Assembly (NCBI GenBank): GCA_021204845.1
Contig: JAJPYT010000023.1
Location: forward strand, 1 to 51,804
Direction of reading: 5' to 3'
Source of the DNA: Prevotellaceae bacterium
GTDB taxonomy: Bacteria; Bacteroidota; Bacteroidia; Bacteroidales; Bacteroidaceae
DNA length: 51,804 bases
A model generated the notes under the pieces. The model did not search any database, had not been told where the DNA came from, and saw only the letters and a program-made list of their open reading frames with translations. Below, in pieces: positions 15,201-22,429 of this stretch. Both the position numbers and the translations under genes were made by a program. Within the stretch, counting starts at the first letter, position 1; every line of letters begins with the position of its first letter.

Positions 15201-16210
15201 AACTGCCAGAACTCATATACTCCGACATTCTGCTGCCCGCAGCCACAGAGGGAGGCACAGTGCTCACTTGGGCGACGAGCGACGCCAGCGTGCTCTCACG
15301 AGACGGAAAGGCGGCTCTTACGGACGAGGAGCAGCAGGTGACGCTGACCGCCATAGCGGGCAAGCAGGAGAGGGAGTTCAACCTTACGCTTATGCCACGC
15401 GATGTGGAGGCTAACCTGCAATTGAGATATGACTTCGAGACTGGAGACGTGTATACCGACGGCTCGCAACGCATGCTCAAAGACCACTCCGCTCACAGAC
15501 GGGACGCTAAACTGATTAACACGCGCTGCACGATAGACGGCACGCTGAACCTCACGGACAACACAGCCAGCGGATGGAACACTAACGGATATGTCCTCAT
15601 CCCGGAGCATTTGCTGGACAGCCTGCGCAGTTACACCATTGTGCTGACAGCCACGCCTAAGAGCCTCACCAACCTGCCGCGCTTCTACGACTTTGGCTCG
15701 GGAAGCACGAACAGCATGTTCCTGAGGGCTGGAGACTTCGCGGCAGGATATAAGTACAAGGGAGGCGACACCGCCCTGCTTACCGCCGACGCGCTGCAGA
15801 CGGGAGTGGAGCAGAATATTGCCGTGACCTACAGCGTTTTGACTGGTCTGACCACAATTTACGTGGACGGGGAAGTGGCGGCTCAAAGCGCTGACATAGA
15901 GCATGAACCCTACGAACTGGCAGCATACGCCACGGACAGCAAGAATTTCTTGGGCCGCACGCAGTGGTACAACACTTCCGCAAAGAGCAGCAACGTGGAC
16001 TACAGCGGCACGATGGATAACTTCCGCGTCTATTCGCTTTGCCTAACCGCAGAGGAGATAGAGGCGTTGTTCGAGGAGATGGCGACTGGCATAAAAGCTG
16101 CCACAGAAACAGCGACGCGGAACTCAGCCACCTATGACCTCTCGGGCAGACGCACAAGGAAAGATGCCAAGGGCGTGGTGATAGAGAACGGCAAGAAGAT
16201 ACTGAAATAG
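12278..16210 (+). CDS. 1310-aa secreted multidomain protein: DUF4861-like, GH105/GH88-like unsaturated rhamnogalacturonyl/glucuronyl hydrolase, Ig-like, F5/8 type C (discoidin), Ig-like, LamG/ConA-like, and a short T9SS-type C-terminal tag
   Basis: The signal peptide is followed by DIAWENDRTAYRMY. The GH105-like region contains WWVDGLFMVMP and FWARGDGWIFAAF. The discoidin-like region contains NNLDTRWSQEGTGQWLQLDLG. The LamG-like region contains FLGRTQWY...GTMDNFRVYS. The C-terminal tail is YDLSGRRTRKDAKGVVIENGKKILK. Confidence 0.7.
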   Translation: MNSRILILITLALASVTATAEADDYTFRLKNASGIAREGETVEISMPERTKLSASALMDEEGEAIPFEAVGDTLLRFQASIPYASTKGYTLKDGTPTSPAKLTYATIKEPSSRGDIAWENDRTAYRMYSSVLLKSEPATGNGVDLWQKKQAEPIIDAMYSLSNYHSESQYGVDAFNVNGLRLGDGGVSHVVDGKLVVHDPHDECTVVENGALKSEFVVTYNNVEVDGDTYTKTVRVIATAGSLLNKAIVRYEGTVKPMRLAVALYQHTDIDGLSPDGVAYTSTPGLAGWAENPSEGTVTSSGARFYQGAYVPSCATEAEVIDDHLCLTVDYTPGTDLVYYFGGGWNMFPAEEYTQDEDWFLALERFKETVDSPIALTTMETIPQRNDVMDLIYKVNNYWQTQNPTHGDHFWNRAVYHIGNMAAHGVTDDEDFLDYSLAWAEQNNYCGATGTDKSRWKYTYGETADYVLFGDNQVCFQVYADLYNLLGGEEKIERAREVMEYEMSTSFSGYLWWVDGLFMVMPIMTKLYNITGNQQYLEKMHEYWRWGTDLMWDDDESLYYRDSTYIYPRHQTDTGGKDFWARGDGWIFAAFARVLDELPEDDAYRDEYISYYLRMAEALRKCQVDDGEGNGYWCRSLLEESYAPGYETSGTALFTYGFLWGINHGLLDEQTYGETVQKAWNYLTGVALQSDGLVGYVQPIGSDAAPDTYMTATQTADFGVGAYLLAASEMSRYAAPSQEETPLRLTSVTLVDDDVVSVKFKEQVEPEAAAVASNYLLDGEPIDGAAEYDGERTVTLALKKPVDFGQHSVTVTGQRSLGGSVLTDSVRTILRTVPLYDNVTIAAVTAIGAQSGNPATSTIDNNLDTRWSQEGTGQWLQLDLGSSQTVYALDIAFYLGDTRVNYFDVSTSDDAQEWTRRLSDQQSSGMSAELERYYLPEEAAARYVRIYCNQASTTTWNSITEARVCVVENSFDELQLPELIYSDILLPAATEGGTVLTWATSDASVLSRDGKAALTDEEQQVTLTAIAGKQEREFNLTLMPRDVEANLQLRYDFETGDVYTDGSQRMLKDHSAHRRDAKLINTRCTIDGTLNLTDNTASGWNTNGYVLIPEHLLDSLRSYTIVLTATPKSLTNLPRFYDFGSGSTNSMFLRAGDFAAGYKYKGGDTALLTADALQTGVEQNIAVTYSVLTGLTTIYVDGEVAAQSADIEHEPYELAAYATDSKNFLGRTQWYNTSAKSSNVDYSGTMDNFRVYSLCLTAEEIEALFEEMATGIKAATETATRNSATYDLSGRRTRKDAKGVVIENGKKILK

Positions 16211-16227
16211 AGATAAAACAATAGGAT

Positions 16228-18378
16228 ATGCAAACGAAGAGAACATTGACAACATTTGCGGCACTGGCGGCTACAGCCCTGTGCCTCGCGGACAAGACCA
16301 TGTACATTCCGCAGGAGTGGCGCAACCGCACAGACACGCTAATCTGGGCGGAGAGCGACCCCGACTGCAAATACACATGGTCGAAAACCCGCTCGAAAGA
16401 GACTGACAACGTGATAATCCTGTGGGATAAAGGCTATGGCAGCACCTCGCCCAGCGACGCGCCTTCAACTTTCAGAGTGGACATAGACGACCTGGCGGAG
16501 AAATGCGAGGAGTTTTACCAGCTGGAGTGCAGCACCTTGGGCTTCGTCGACCCCGAGACTTCCAATCTTGGCAAATACAAGGTGATGGTGCTGATGAACC
16601 ACACCAGCGAATGGGTCTGTTATGGAGGAGGCTACGACTATCAGGTTTCAGCCCTCTGGCTCAGCCCCTCGACGTGCAAACCAGTTGGCAGCTCGGTTGC
16701 CCATGAGGTGGGGCATTCGTTCCATTACATGTGCTACTCCGAGGCTTCGAACCATGGGTCCACAAGCGGCGTGGAGACAGGCTTCCACAGCGCTGTGGGC
16801 AGCGGCAGCACCATCTGGGAGACCACAGCCAACTGGCAGGCCATGCAGTCTTATCCGTCGGAAATGTTCACAATGAGCGGTATGGCGGACATATTCCAGT
16901 ACAGTCACAATTACGCCTTCACGCATGAGTGGCAGCGCTACCAGAGCTATATGTTCCTCTACTACCTGTGCGACCTCTACGGCGACATAAAGACGGTGGC
17001 GAACGTGTGGAACCATCCCGAGACATCGGTGAAGGACTTCAACGAGGTGCTGATGGACAATAAAGGACTGAGCGTTAGTGACTTGTATAAAATTTATTTC
17101 GACTACGCCATGAAGGCTGTGACTTGGGACCTCGACGCTTGGGCTCCATACCGGGACAGCTACATCGGCAAGTTCAAATACTATTGCGTGCAGGACGGGG
17201 TGCAGAGCTATCAGGTGGCTTACGCCAGCGCTCCGCAGTCCACAGGCTTCAACGTGATTCCCCTGTCAGTTCCCGACGCTGGAACAGAAATCTCCACAGA
17301 GTTTACTGCCCTTAGCTCTGGCGCGGCTTTGCTGGAGGGCGACCCTGGCTACTATTTGGATGGAGATTCTAAACTCTCCGCCTCCGGCAAGTCTACTTAC
17401 AACGCCACCACTCCCGTGCGTAACTTCCGCCTGGGCTACGTGGCGCTGCTGAAAGACGGCACACGCCAGTATTTTGCCGAAGACTCGCTCTACTGCCACG
17501 GAAAGGCGAAGAGCACGGCAACCCTGAGCATGACCGTGCCCGAGAACACAACTAAGCTCTGGCTGGTGGTCTGCCCATCGCCCGCAAGCTACGTGCAGCA
17601 CAAGTGGGACGAGAGCATAAAGAATGACGACCAGTGGCCATATCACATAAAACTGAGCGGCACAGACCTCACTTCGGACGCTACGGTTTACCAGTCTTAC
17701 CAGATTGACGACAGGGCGATTGGCGACATGAGTGTTGTTTATGATTTCTACATGCCAGCCATGACTACTACGGACGCTTCCACTATAACAATGAGCGGCG
17801 ACGTGCTGACGACCTTCGGCACTGCTTTCCAGATGACCAAGGACGAGGTGGCAAGCCACATGCAGGAATATAGCCCGGATGGTCCAGATGTGGGCATGAT
17901 GATGCTTTATCCCTTCAGCGCGACAGGGGCGCTCATAGAGAGCCCGAGCGGTGTGGAAGATGGTTACGGATATTGGTTTAACGAGCATGGCGGGCTGGTG
18001 GCAGCCGACAGCAGCAAGGCAGCCCTCCTGGCCGAGTTCGACCCGGAGACGCTGAGTTTCAAGATTAGCCAGTCGCCTGGCATGCTTAGTGTTGGCAATA
18101 CCGTATCGGCTCGTCTGGCTCTGCGCTACCGCCGCACCGAGCAGGAAGAGGCTATAGCGAAATTCCAGATTAGGGTTCACATACATAAGTCGCTCACTGG
18201 CATAACAGAGCCAACGATAGAATACGACGGGGAACTTGCCCTGCCTGTCCAAGGCGTGGAGCCAGAAGAGAAGAATGCTTCTTCTGACCTCTACTACGAC
18301 CTCAGCGGCCGTCCGGTTGCCAAGCCCAGAGGGCCAGGCATATACATAAAGAATGGGCGCAAGGTGATGGTGAGGTAA
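16228..18378 (+). CDS. Secreted HEXXH (zinc-metallopeptidase-like) protein with a short T9SS-type C-terminal tag; possibly the family annotated DUF6055
   Basis: The signal peptide is MQTKRTLTTFAALAATALCLA, the metal-binding motif is SVAHEVGHSFHY, and the tail is YDLSGRPVAKPRGPGIYIKNGRKVMVR. The DUF6055 name comes from memory only. Confidence 0.5.
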   Translation: MQTKRTLTTFAALAATALCLADKTMYIPQEWRNRTDTLIWAESDPDCKYTWSKTRSKETDNVIILWDKGYGSTSPSDAPSTFRVDIDDLAEKCEEFYQLECSTLGFVDPETSNLGKYKVMVLMNHTSEWVCYGGGYDYQVSALWLSPSTCKPVGSSVAHEVGHSFHYMCYSEASNHGSTSGVETGFHSAVGSGSTIWETTANWQAMQSYPSEMFTMSGMADIFQYSHNYAFTHEWQRYQSYMFLYYLCDLYGDIKTVANVWNHPETSVKDFNEVLMDNKGLSVSDLYKIYFDYAMKAVTWDLDAWAPYRDSYIGKFKYYCVQDGVQSYQVAYASAPQSTGFNVIPLSVPDAGTEISTEFTALSSGAALLEGDPGYYLDGDSKLSASGKSTYNATTPVRNFRLGYVALLKDGTRQYFAEDSLYCHGKAKSTATLSMTVPENTTKLWLVVCPSPASYVQHKWDESIKNDDQWPYHIKLSGTDLTSDATVYQSYQIDDRAIGDMSVVYDFYMPAMTTTDASTITMSGDVLTTFGTAFQMTKDEVASHMQEYSPDGPDVGMMMLYPFSATGALIESPSGVEDGYGYWFNEHGGLVAADSSKAALLAEFDPETLSFKISQSPGMLSVGNTVSARLALRYRRTEQEEAIAKFQIRVHIHKSLTGITEPTIEYDGELALPVQGVEPEEKNASSDLYYDLSGRPVAKPRGPGIYIKNGRKVMVR

Positions 18379-18399
18379 TCATCTTTTCCCCACTTATAC

Positions 18400-18454
18400 A
18401 GTCTGGGGTGGAAGGCAAAACCTCTGGGCGGGAGGGAGCCTTCCGCCCCAGACT
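18400..18454. terminator. Long hairpin between convergent genes, likely a bidirectional terminator
   Basis: Arm agtctggggtggaaggc (18400-18416) pairs with gccttccgccccagact (18438-18454), giving 17 bp with one G-U. It is followed by ttgtta. Confidence 0.55.
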
Positions 18455-18488
18455 TTGTTATAGCTAAAACTTGGATTAACGCTGCCTC

Positions 18489-18833
18489 TTACAGCATAGA
18501 GGCAACTTTCTCTTCCAATGATTTCTTTATAAAGGCATTTATAGAGATGCCTTCGCGACTTGCAAGTAAGGCGATACGGCTATGGGTTTCAGGAGATATA
18601 CGCACATTTAAGGCTCCCTTGTAACTCTTGTGAGGGGTTATTCCCGCTTCTTTACAATAACTGATATAGTCATCTATCGCACCAGTGAAATCTTTCCGCA
18701 ACTCCGCGACAGTCGCGCCTTCATATGTTATTTTCGTGTCGTTCGGCAAGTCAATTACCTGCCCATACAGACAATTGTCGTTCTCACTTACTTCGACGCT
18801 TCCGATGTAACCTTTGTATTCCAATGTATTCAT
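18489..18833 (-). CDS. hicB: HicB-family type II antitoxin
   Basis: The N-terminus MNTLEYKGYIGSVEVSENDNCLYGQV and the segment YKGALNVRISPETHSRIALLA plus a C-terminal RHH-like region follow the typical HicB layout. Confidence 0.8.
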   Translation of the reverse strand: MNTLEYKGYIGSVEVSENDNCLYGQVIDLPNDTKITYEGATVAELRKDFTGAIDDYISYCKEAGITPHKSYKGALNVRISPETHSRIALLASREGISINAFIKKSLEEKVASML

Positions 18834-18964
18834 ATCAAACCATTTTTAGGCAGAAAATCATATACTTGTTTCATGATATAGCCTTTTATCACACTATCTG
18901 GATGTGGCTTGTGCGCTATGTACACGCTGTCGCCTTTTGCAAATATAACTCTCCCTTCTCTTTT
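18830..18964 (-). pseudogene. Possible 5'-truncated hicA toxin remnant
   Basis: A 44-codon open frame between stops reads KREGRVIFAKGDSVYIAHKPHPDSVIKGYIMKQVYDFLPKNGLI. Its PHPD...I..G segment resembles the HicA C-terminus. There is no ATG until codon 31, and its stop overlaps the hicB ATG. Confidence 0.35.
18940..18947 (-). promoter_or_regulatory. -7 box TATATTTG inside the hicA remnant, the likely hicB promoter
   Basis: The plus strand reads caaatata. Confidence 0.4.
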
Positions 18965-18980
18965 TCACAACTTTTTTATC

Positions 18981-18988
18981 TAACTTTG
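18981..18988 (+). promoter_or_regulatory. -7 box TAACTTTG
   Basis: The box lies 30 nt upstream of the ATG at 19019. Confidence 0.5.
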
Positions 18989-19018
18989 CTTTCTAAAGAA
19001 ACGAAAGAGAGCGCGTCA

Positions 19019-20011
19019 ATGATGAGCATTAAACGTTTTGTGAAGAACTGGACACTGCCAGTAGCCATGGGGCTGGGCATGACAATCTACCTGTTGTTTC
19101 ACATCGTGCCCATTCTGCAACCTGTGGGGCGGTGGTATTTTCCATATAACGGCAAGATGCTGCCGATATGTGCGTTTGCCGTGCTATATGTGACATTCTG
19201 CAAAATAGAGTTCCGCAAGCTCAAACCCGTCAGGTGGCATCTTTGGTTAGGAATAGAGCAAATAATGCTCGTGGCGATTATAATGGTTTTCATAATCGGG
19301 TTCCACGCTCAGGGGGAGCCGCTGATACTCATGGAAGCCACGCTGGTGTGCGTAATCTCTCCAGGAGCTATGGCAGCCGCGGTGGTGACTGCCAAATTAG
19401 GCGGAAACCTTGAGGAAATGACCACTTATACACTGATTTCCAACTTTATTTCAGCCATTCTTATCCCGCTCTGTTTCCTTGCCCTGCCATCGATAAGTGC
19501 TACGGCAGAAGAGGGTACAGTGCGTTTTGTCCACCTCTTTCTCGCCATTCTTTGGAAGGTGAGCGTCATACTACTGCTTCCCATGTTAGCGGCTCTGCTC
19601 ACAAAAATAATATTACCGCCCGTGCACCAGCTCATAACTTCGGTACGCGACCTAAGCTATTACCTATGGGCTTTTTCGCTGATGGTGATAACCGGCACAA
19701 CACTCATGAATATTGTCAGCGCATGGGCAACCACCACATTCTTTTTCCTCTTCGCCGTCGCGCTGATGGCTCTCTTTGTTTGCGCCGGGCAGTTTGCCCT
19801 GGGTCGATATATGGGCCGTTTCTGCGGCAAGAAAATTGAGACAGGGCAAGGGCTCGGGCAGAAGAACACCACCTTCGCCATCTGGATTGCAACCGCCTTT
19901 CTCAATCCTCTCAGCTCAGTGGGTCCTGGCTGCTACATCCTATGGCAGAACATAGTGAACAGCGTAGAGATTTGGCACCAGCGCCGTAAGGGAATTGAGC
20001 TGTCAAGCTGA
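19019..20011 (+). CDS. Polytopic membrane transporter, possibly of the bile-acid:sodium symporter (BASS)-like fold
   Basis: The 330-aa protein has about 9-10 hydrophobic segments (MMSIKRFVKNWTLPVAMGLGMTIYLLF...). The family assignment is tentative. The upstream part of the track ORF overlaps the promoter region and was rejected. Confidence 0.45.
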   Translation: MMSIKRFVKNWTLPVAMGLGMTIYLLFHIVPILQPVGRWYFPYNGKMLPICAFAVLYVTFCKIEFRKLKPVRWHLWLGIEQIMLVAIIMVFIIGFHAQGEPLILMEATLVCVISPGAMAAAVVTAKLGGNLEEMTTYTLISNFISAILIPLCFLALPSISATAEEGTVRFVHLFLAILWKVSVILLLPMLAALLTKIILPPVHQLITSVRDLSYYLWAFSLMVITGTTLMNIVSAWATTTFFFLFAVALMALFVCAGQFALGRYMGRFCGKKIETGQGLGQKNTTFAIWIATAFLNPLSSVGPGCYILWQNIVNSVEIWHQRRKGIELSS

Positions 20012-20062
20012 GCGCTATACGAAAAAAATCCCCCGATGGCATCTCTTGTCGCAGATTATTTG

Positions 20063-20070
20063 TATCTTTG
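20063..20070 (+). promoter_or_regulatory. -7 box TATCTTTG
   Basis: The box lies 24 nt upstream of the ATG at 20094. Confidence 0.5.
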
Positions 20071-20093
20071 TGGCAAGACAGATGCCTTATCCT

Positions 20094-20663
20094 ATGAAAA
20101 AGACTATCTTAGCCATCGTGGCAGCCGCGTTTTTAGGAGCATGCGCCAGCCACAAGCAAGCCAGCAGGCAAGCCCTCGTGTCACAGGACACCATAACCTA
20201 TGCCTACAACCAGACGCAGGGGCTCACGCAGAAAGATGTGCAATTCTTCAACCGCGTTTGCGAGTCATACGGCGGATTGCAATATACGCCCATCTGGGTG
20301 TCTATCAGCAACGACGATGAGACGCTTTACAGCTATTTCTGCAAGGGCCAGAACGGCAAAAACGTGGTGGTTGTGATAGAGAAGCCGTCGCACGGCAAGC
20401 CTGTGATAAAGGAGATAAAGCAAATGTCTAAGCCGCGCAAGCCAATAAATGTCCTCACCGCCTTCTACGATTCGAGGGTGGGCAGCGGACCTTTGGAGGC
20501 TGTGCTTGCCAGCCAGGGCTGCGAAGTGATTGGGCGAGATGACAACCTCTGCTCTGTGACGCTGAGGGCAAGAAACAGCGAGACACGCACGCTGCTGGAG
20601 AACACGAAAGGCGTGATAAGCGTGACGGAGCACCAGATAATGCCGCCTCGTGGCAGCAACTGA
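20094..20663 (+). CDS. Lipoprotein of unknown function (189 aa)
   Basis: The lipobox signal is MKKTILAIVAAAFLGAC. No family was recognised. Confidence 0.55.
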   Translation: MKKTILAIVAAAFLGACASHKQASRQALVSQDTITYAYNQTQGLTQKDVQFFNRVCESYGGLQYTPIWVSISNDDETLYSYFCKGQNGKNVVVVIEKPSHGKPVIKEIKQMSKPRKPINVLTAFYDSRVGSGPLEAVLASQGCEVIGRDDNLCSVTLRARNSETRTLLENTKGVISVTEHQIMPPRGSN

Positions 20664-20688
20664 CCCCATTTTCGGAAACGAAAAAGAC

Positions 20689-21933
20689 ATGCGGCAAATC
20701 TTTCATCTTATAAATATGATGTCGCCCTACTTGCTGTTGGGCTTTTTGTTGGCTGGTTTGATGCATGCTTTCATTCCCTCGCGATATTACACACGTTTTC
20801 TCTCTCGCAAGAACATGCGCAGCGTGGTCAGTGCGGCACTTTTTGGCATACCCCTGCCGCTTTGTTCCTGCGGAGTGATTCCCACAGCCATGTCACTGCG
20901 CAGAGAGGGCGCTTCCAAGGGCGCCACAACCGCATTCTTGATAGCGACTCCACAAACAGGCATAGACAGTATTATAGCCACATTTGCCCTGATGGGTCTG
21001 CCATTTGCCATAGTACGTCCCGTGGCGGCGTTGCTCACCAGTCTGTTTGGTGGAGCGCTGGCTAATGTCACAGACCGCAGCGCCGAGGTTCAGCCTCCAG
21101 CCCAGGAAGGATGTTGCTCCCAGTCCACCCCTTGCGAAAGACTGAGTCTGCCCCGCCGCCTGGGGGAGGCGTTGCGTTATGCCTATCTCACTATGATGCA
21201 GGATATTGGCAAATGGCTGGTGGTAGGTCTCGTTGTGGCTGGTTTGATAACAGTCCTTGTTCCCGAGACGGCTTTCACCGTTTTCCGTGAGAACACCTTT
21301 GCCTCCATGCTTCTCGTCCTCGTAATCGCCATGCCCATGTATGTTTGTGCTACGGGTAGCATCCCCATTGCCGTGGTCCTGATGCTAAAGGGTCTCACTC
21401 CCGGGGCTGCGCTTGTTTTGCTTATGGCGGGTCCTGCCTGCAATTTCGCCTCCATGTTGGTGGTTCGCAAGGTCATGGGCTTACGCTCTCTTGTCACATA
21501 TCTCGTGAGCATCATTCTTGGGGCGATAGTTTTTGGGTGCCTCATCGACTGGCTTCAGTTTCACGGTGTGGTTGATTTTATGGCAAAGCTCACGCAGCAA
21601 GCGATGCATCACAGTAGGGCAACCATCACGTTCTACTGGTGTTGCACGGCAGTGCTTCTGCTCCTCCTATTTAATGCCCTTGTGATAAGTAAGATAAATA
21701 AATCAAATAAAAGTATAACTTCAACTTCTATGAATACATCAGTTTACCGAATTGAAGGCATGAGTTGCAACCATTGCCGCATGACTGCAGAGAAGGCACT
21801 GCTCTCCGTGCCTGGTGTGGAGAACGCCTCGGTGGACCTCGCCACTGGGCAAGCCCAAGTGACTGGAGCCGCTTCTCGTGAGGCTCTCGCAAAGGCAATA
21901 GAGGAAGTTGGTTTCACGCTCGTCGAAGGTTAG
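20689..21933 (+). CDS. Permease (ArsP/DUF318-type, SO_0444-like Cu/Zn efflux family) fused to a C-terminal heavy-metal-associated domain
   Basis: The permease carries PLPLCSCGVIP. The C-terminal segment VYRIEGMSCNHCRMTAEKAL contains the HMA motif GMxCxxC. Confidence 0.7.
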   Translation: MRQIFHLINMMSPYLLLGFLLAGLMHAFIPSRYYTRFLSRKNMRSVVSAALFGIPLPLCSCGVIPTAMSLRREGASKGATTAFLIATPQTGIDSIIATFALMGLPFAIVRPVAALLTSLFGGALANVTDRSAEVQPPAQEGCCSQSTPCERLSLPRRLGEALRYAYLTMMQDIGKWLVVGLVVAGLITVLVPETAFTVFRENTFASMLLVLVIAMPMYVCATGSIPIAVVLMLKGLTPGAALVLLMAGPACNFASMLVVRKVMGLRSLVTYLVSIILGAIVFGCLIDWLQFHGVVDFMAKLTQQAMHHSRATITFYWCCTAVLLLLLFNALVISKINKSNKSITSTSMNTSVYRIEGMSCNHCRMTAEKALLSVPGVENASVDLATGQAQVTGAASREALAKAIEEVGFTLVEG

Positions 21934-21936
21934 GGT

Positions 21937-22419
21937 ATGAGCAGCGACGAGAGGAAAAATGAGGGCTTGCGTGCCTTGGGCGGCAAGACTGCTTACCGAC
22001 AGGACTATGCGCCCGAAGTGCTGGAATGCTTCCAGAACAAGCACAAGGAGAATGACTATTGGGTGTGCCTCGACTGCCCCGAGTTTACGAGTCTCTGCCC
22101 GATAACCGGGCAACCGGACTTCGCGGAAATAATAATCTCTTACCTGCCTGACGAGAGAATGGTGGAGAGCAAAAGCCTGAAATTGTACCTGTTCAGCTAC
22201 CGCAACCACGGTGACTTCCACGAGGATTGCGTGAACAAGATAATGAAAGACTTGATAACGCTGATGGACCCGAAATATATAGAAGTCACGGGGCTGTTCA
22301 CTCCACGCGGAGGCATCAGCATACACCCCTATGCCAACTATGGCCGCCCCGGAACGAGGTATGCCGAGCTGGCGGAATACAGGCTACGCAACCACGCTCT
22401 GCAAGCTACGGAAGGGTAA
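21937..22419 (+). CDS. queF: NADPH-dependent 7-cyano-7-deazaguanine (preQ0) reductase
   Basis: Diagnostic segments are [14 protein letters not shown] and [21 protein letters not shown]. Confidence 0.9.
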   Translation: MSSDERKNEGLRALGGKTAYRQDYAPEVLECFQNKHKENDYWVCLDCPEFTSLCPITGQPDFAEIIISYLPDERMVESKSLKLYLFSYRNHGDFHEDCVNKIMKDLITLMDPKYIEVTGLFTPRGGISIHPYANYGRPGTRYAELAEYRLRNHALQATEG

Positions 22420-22429
22420 GTCTTGGTCC

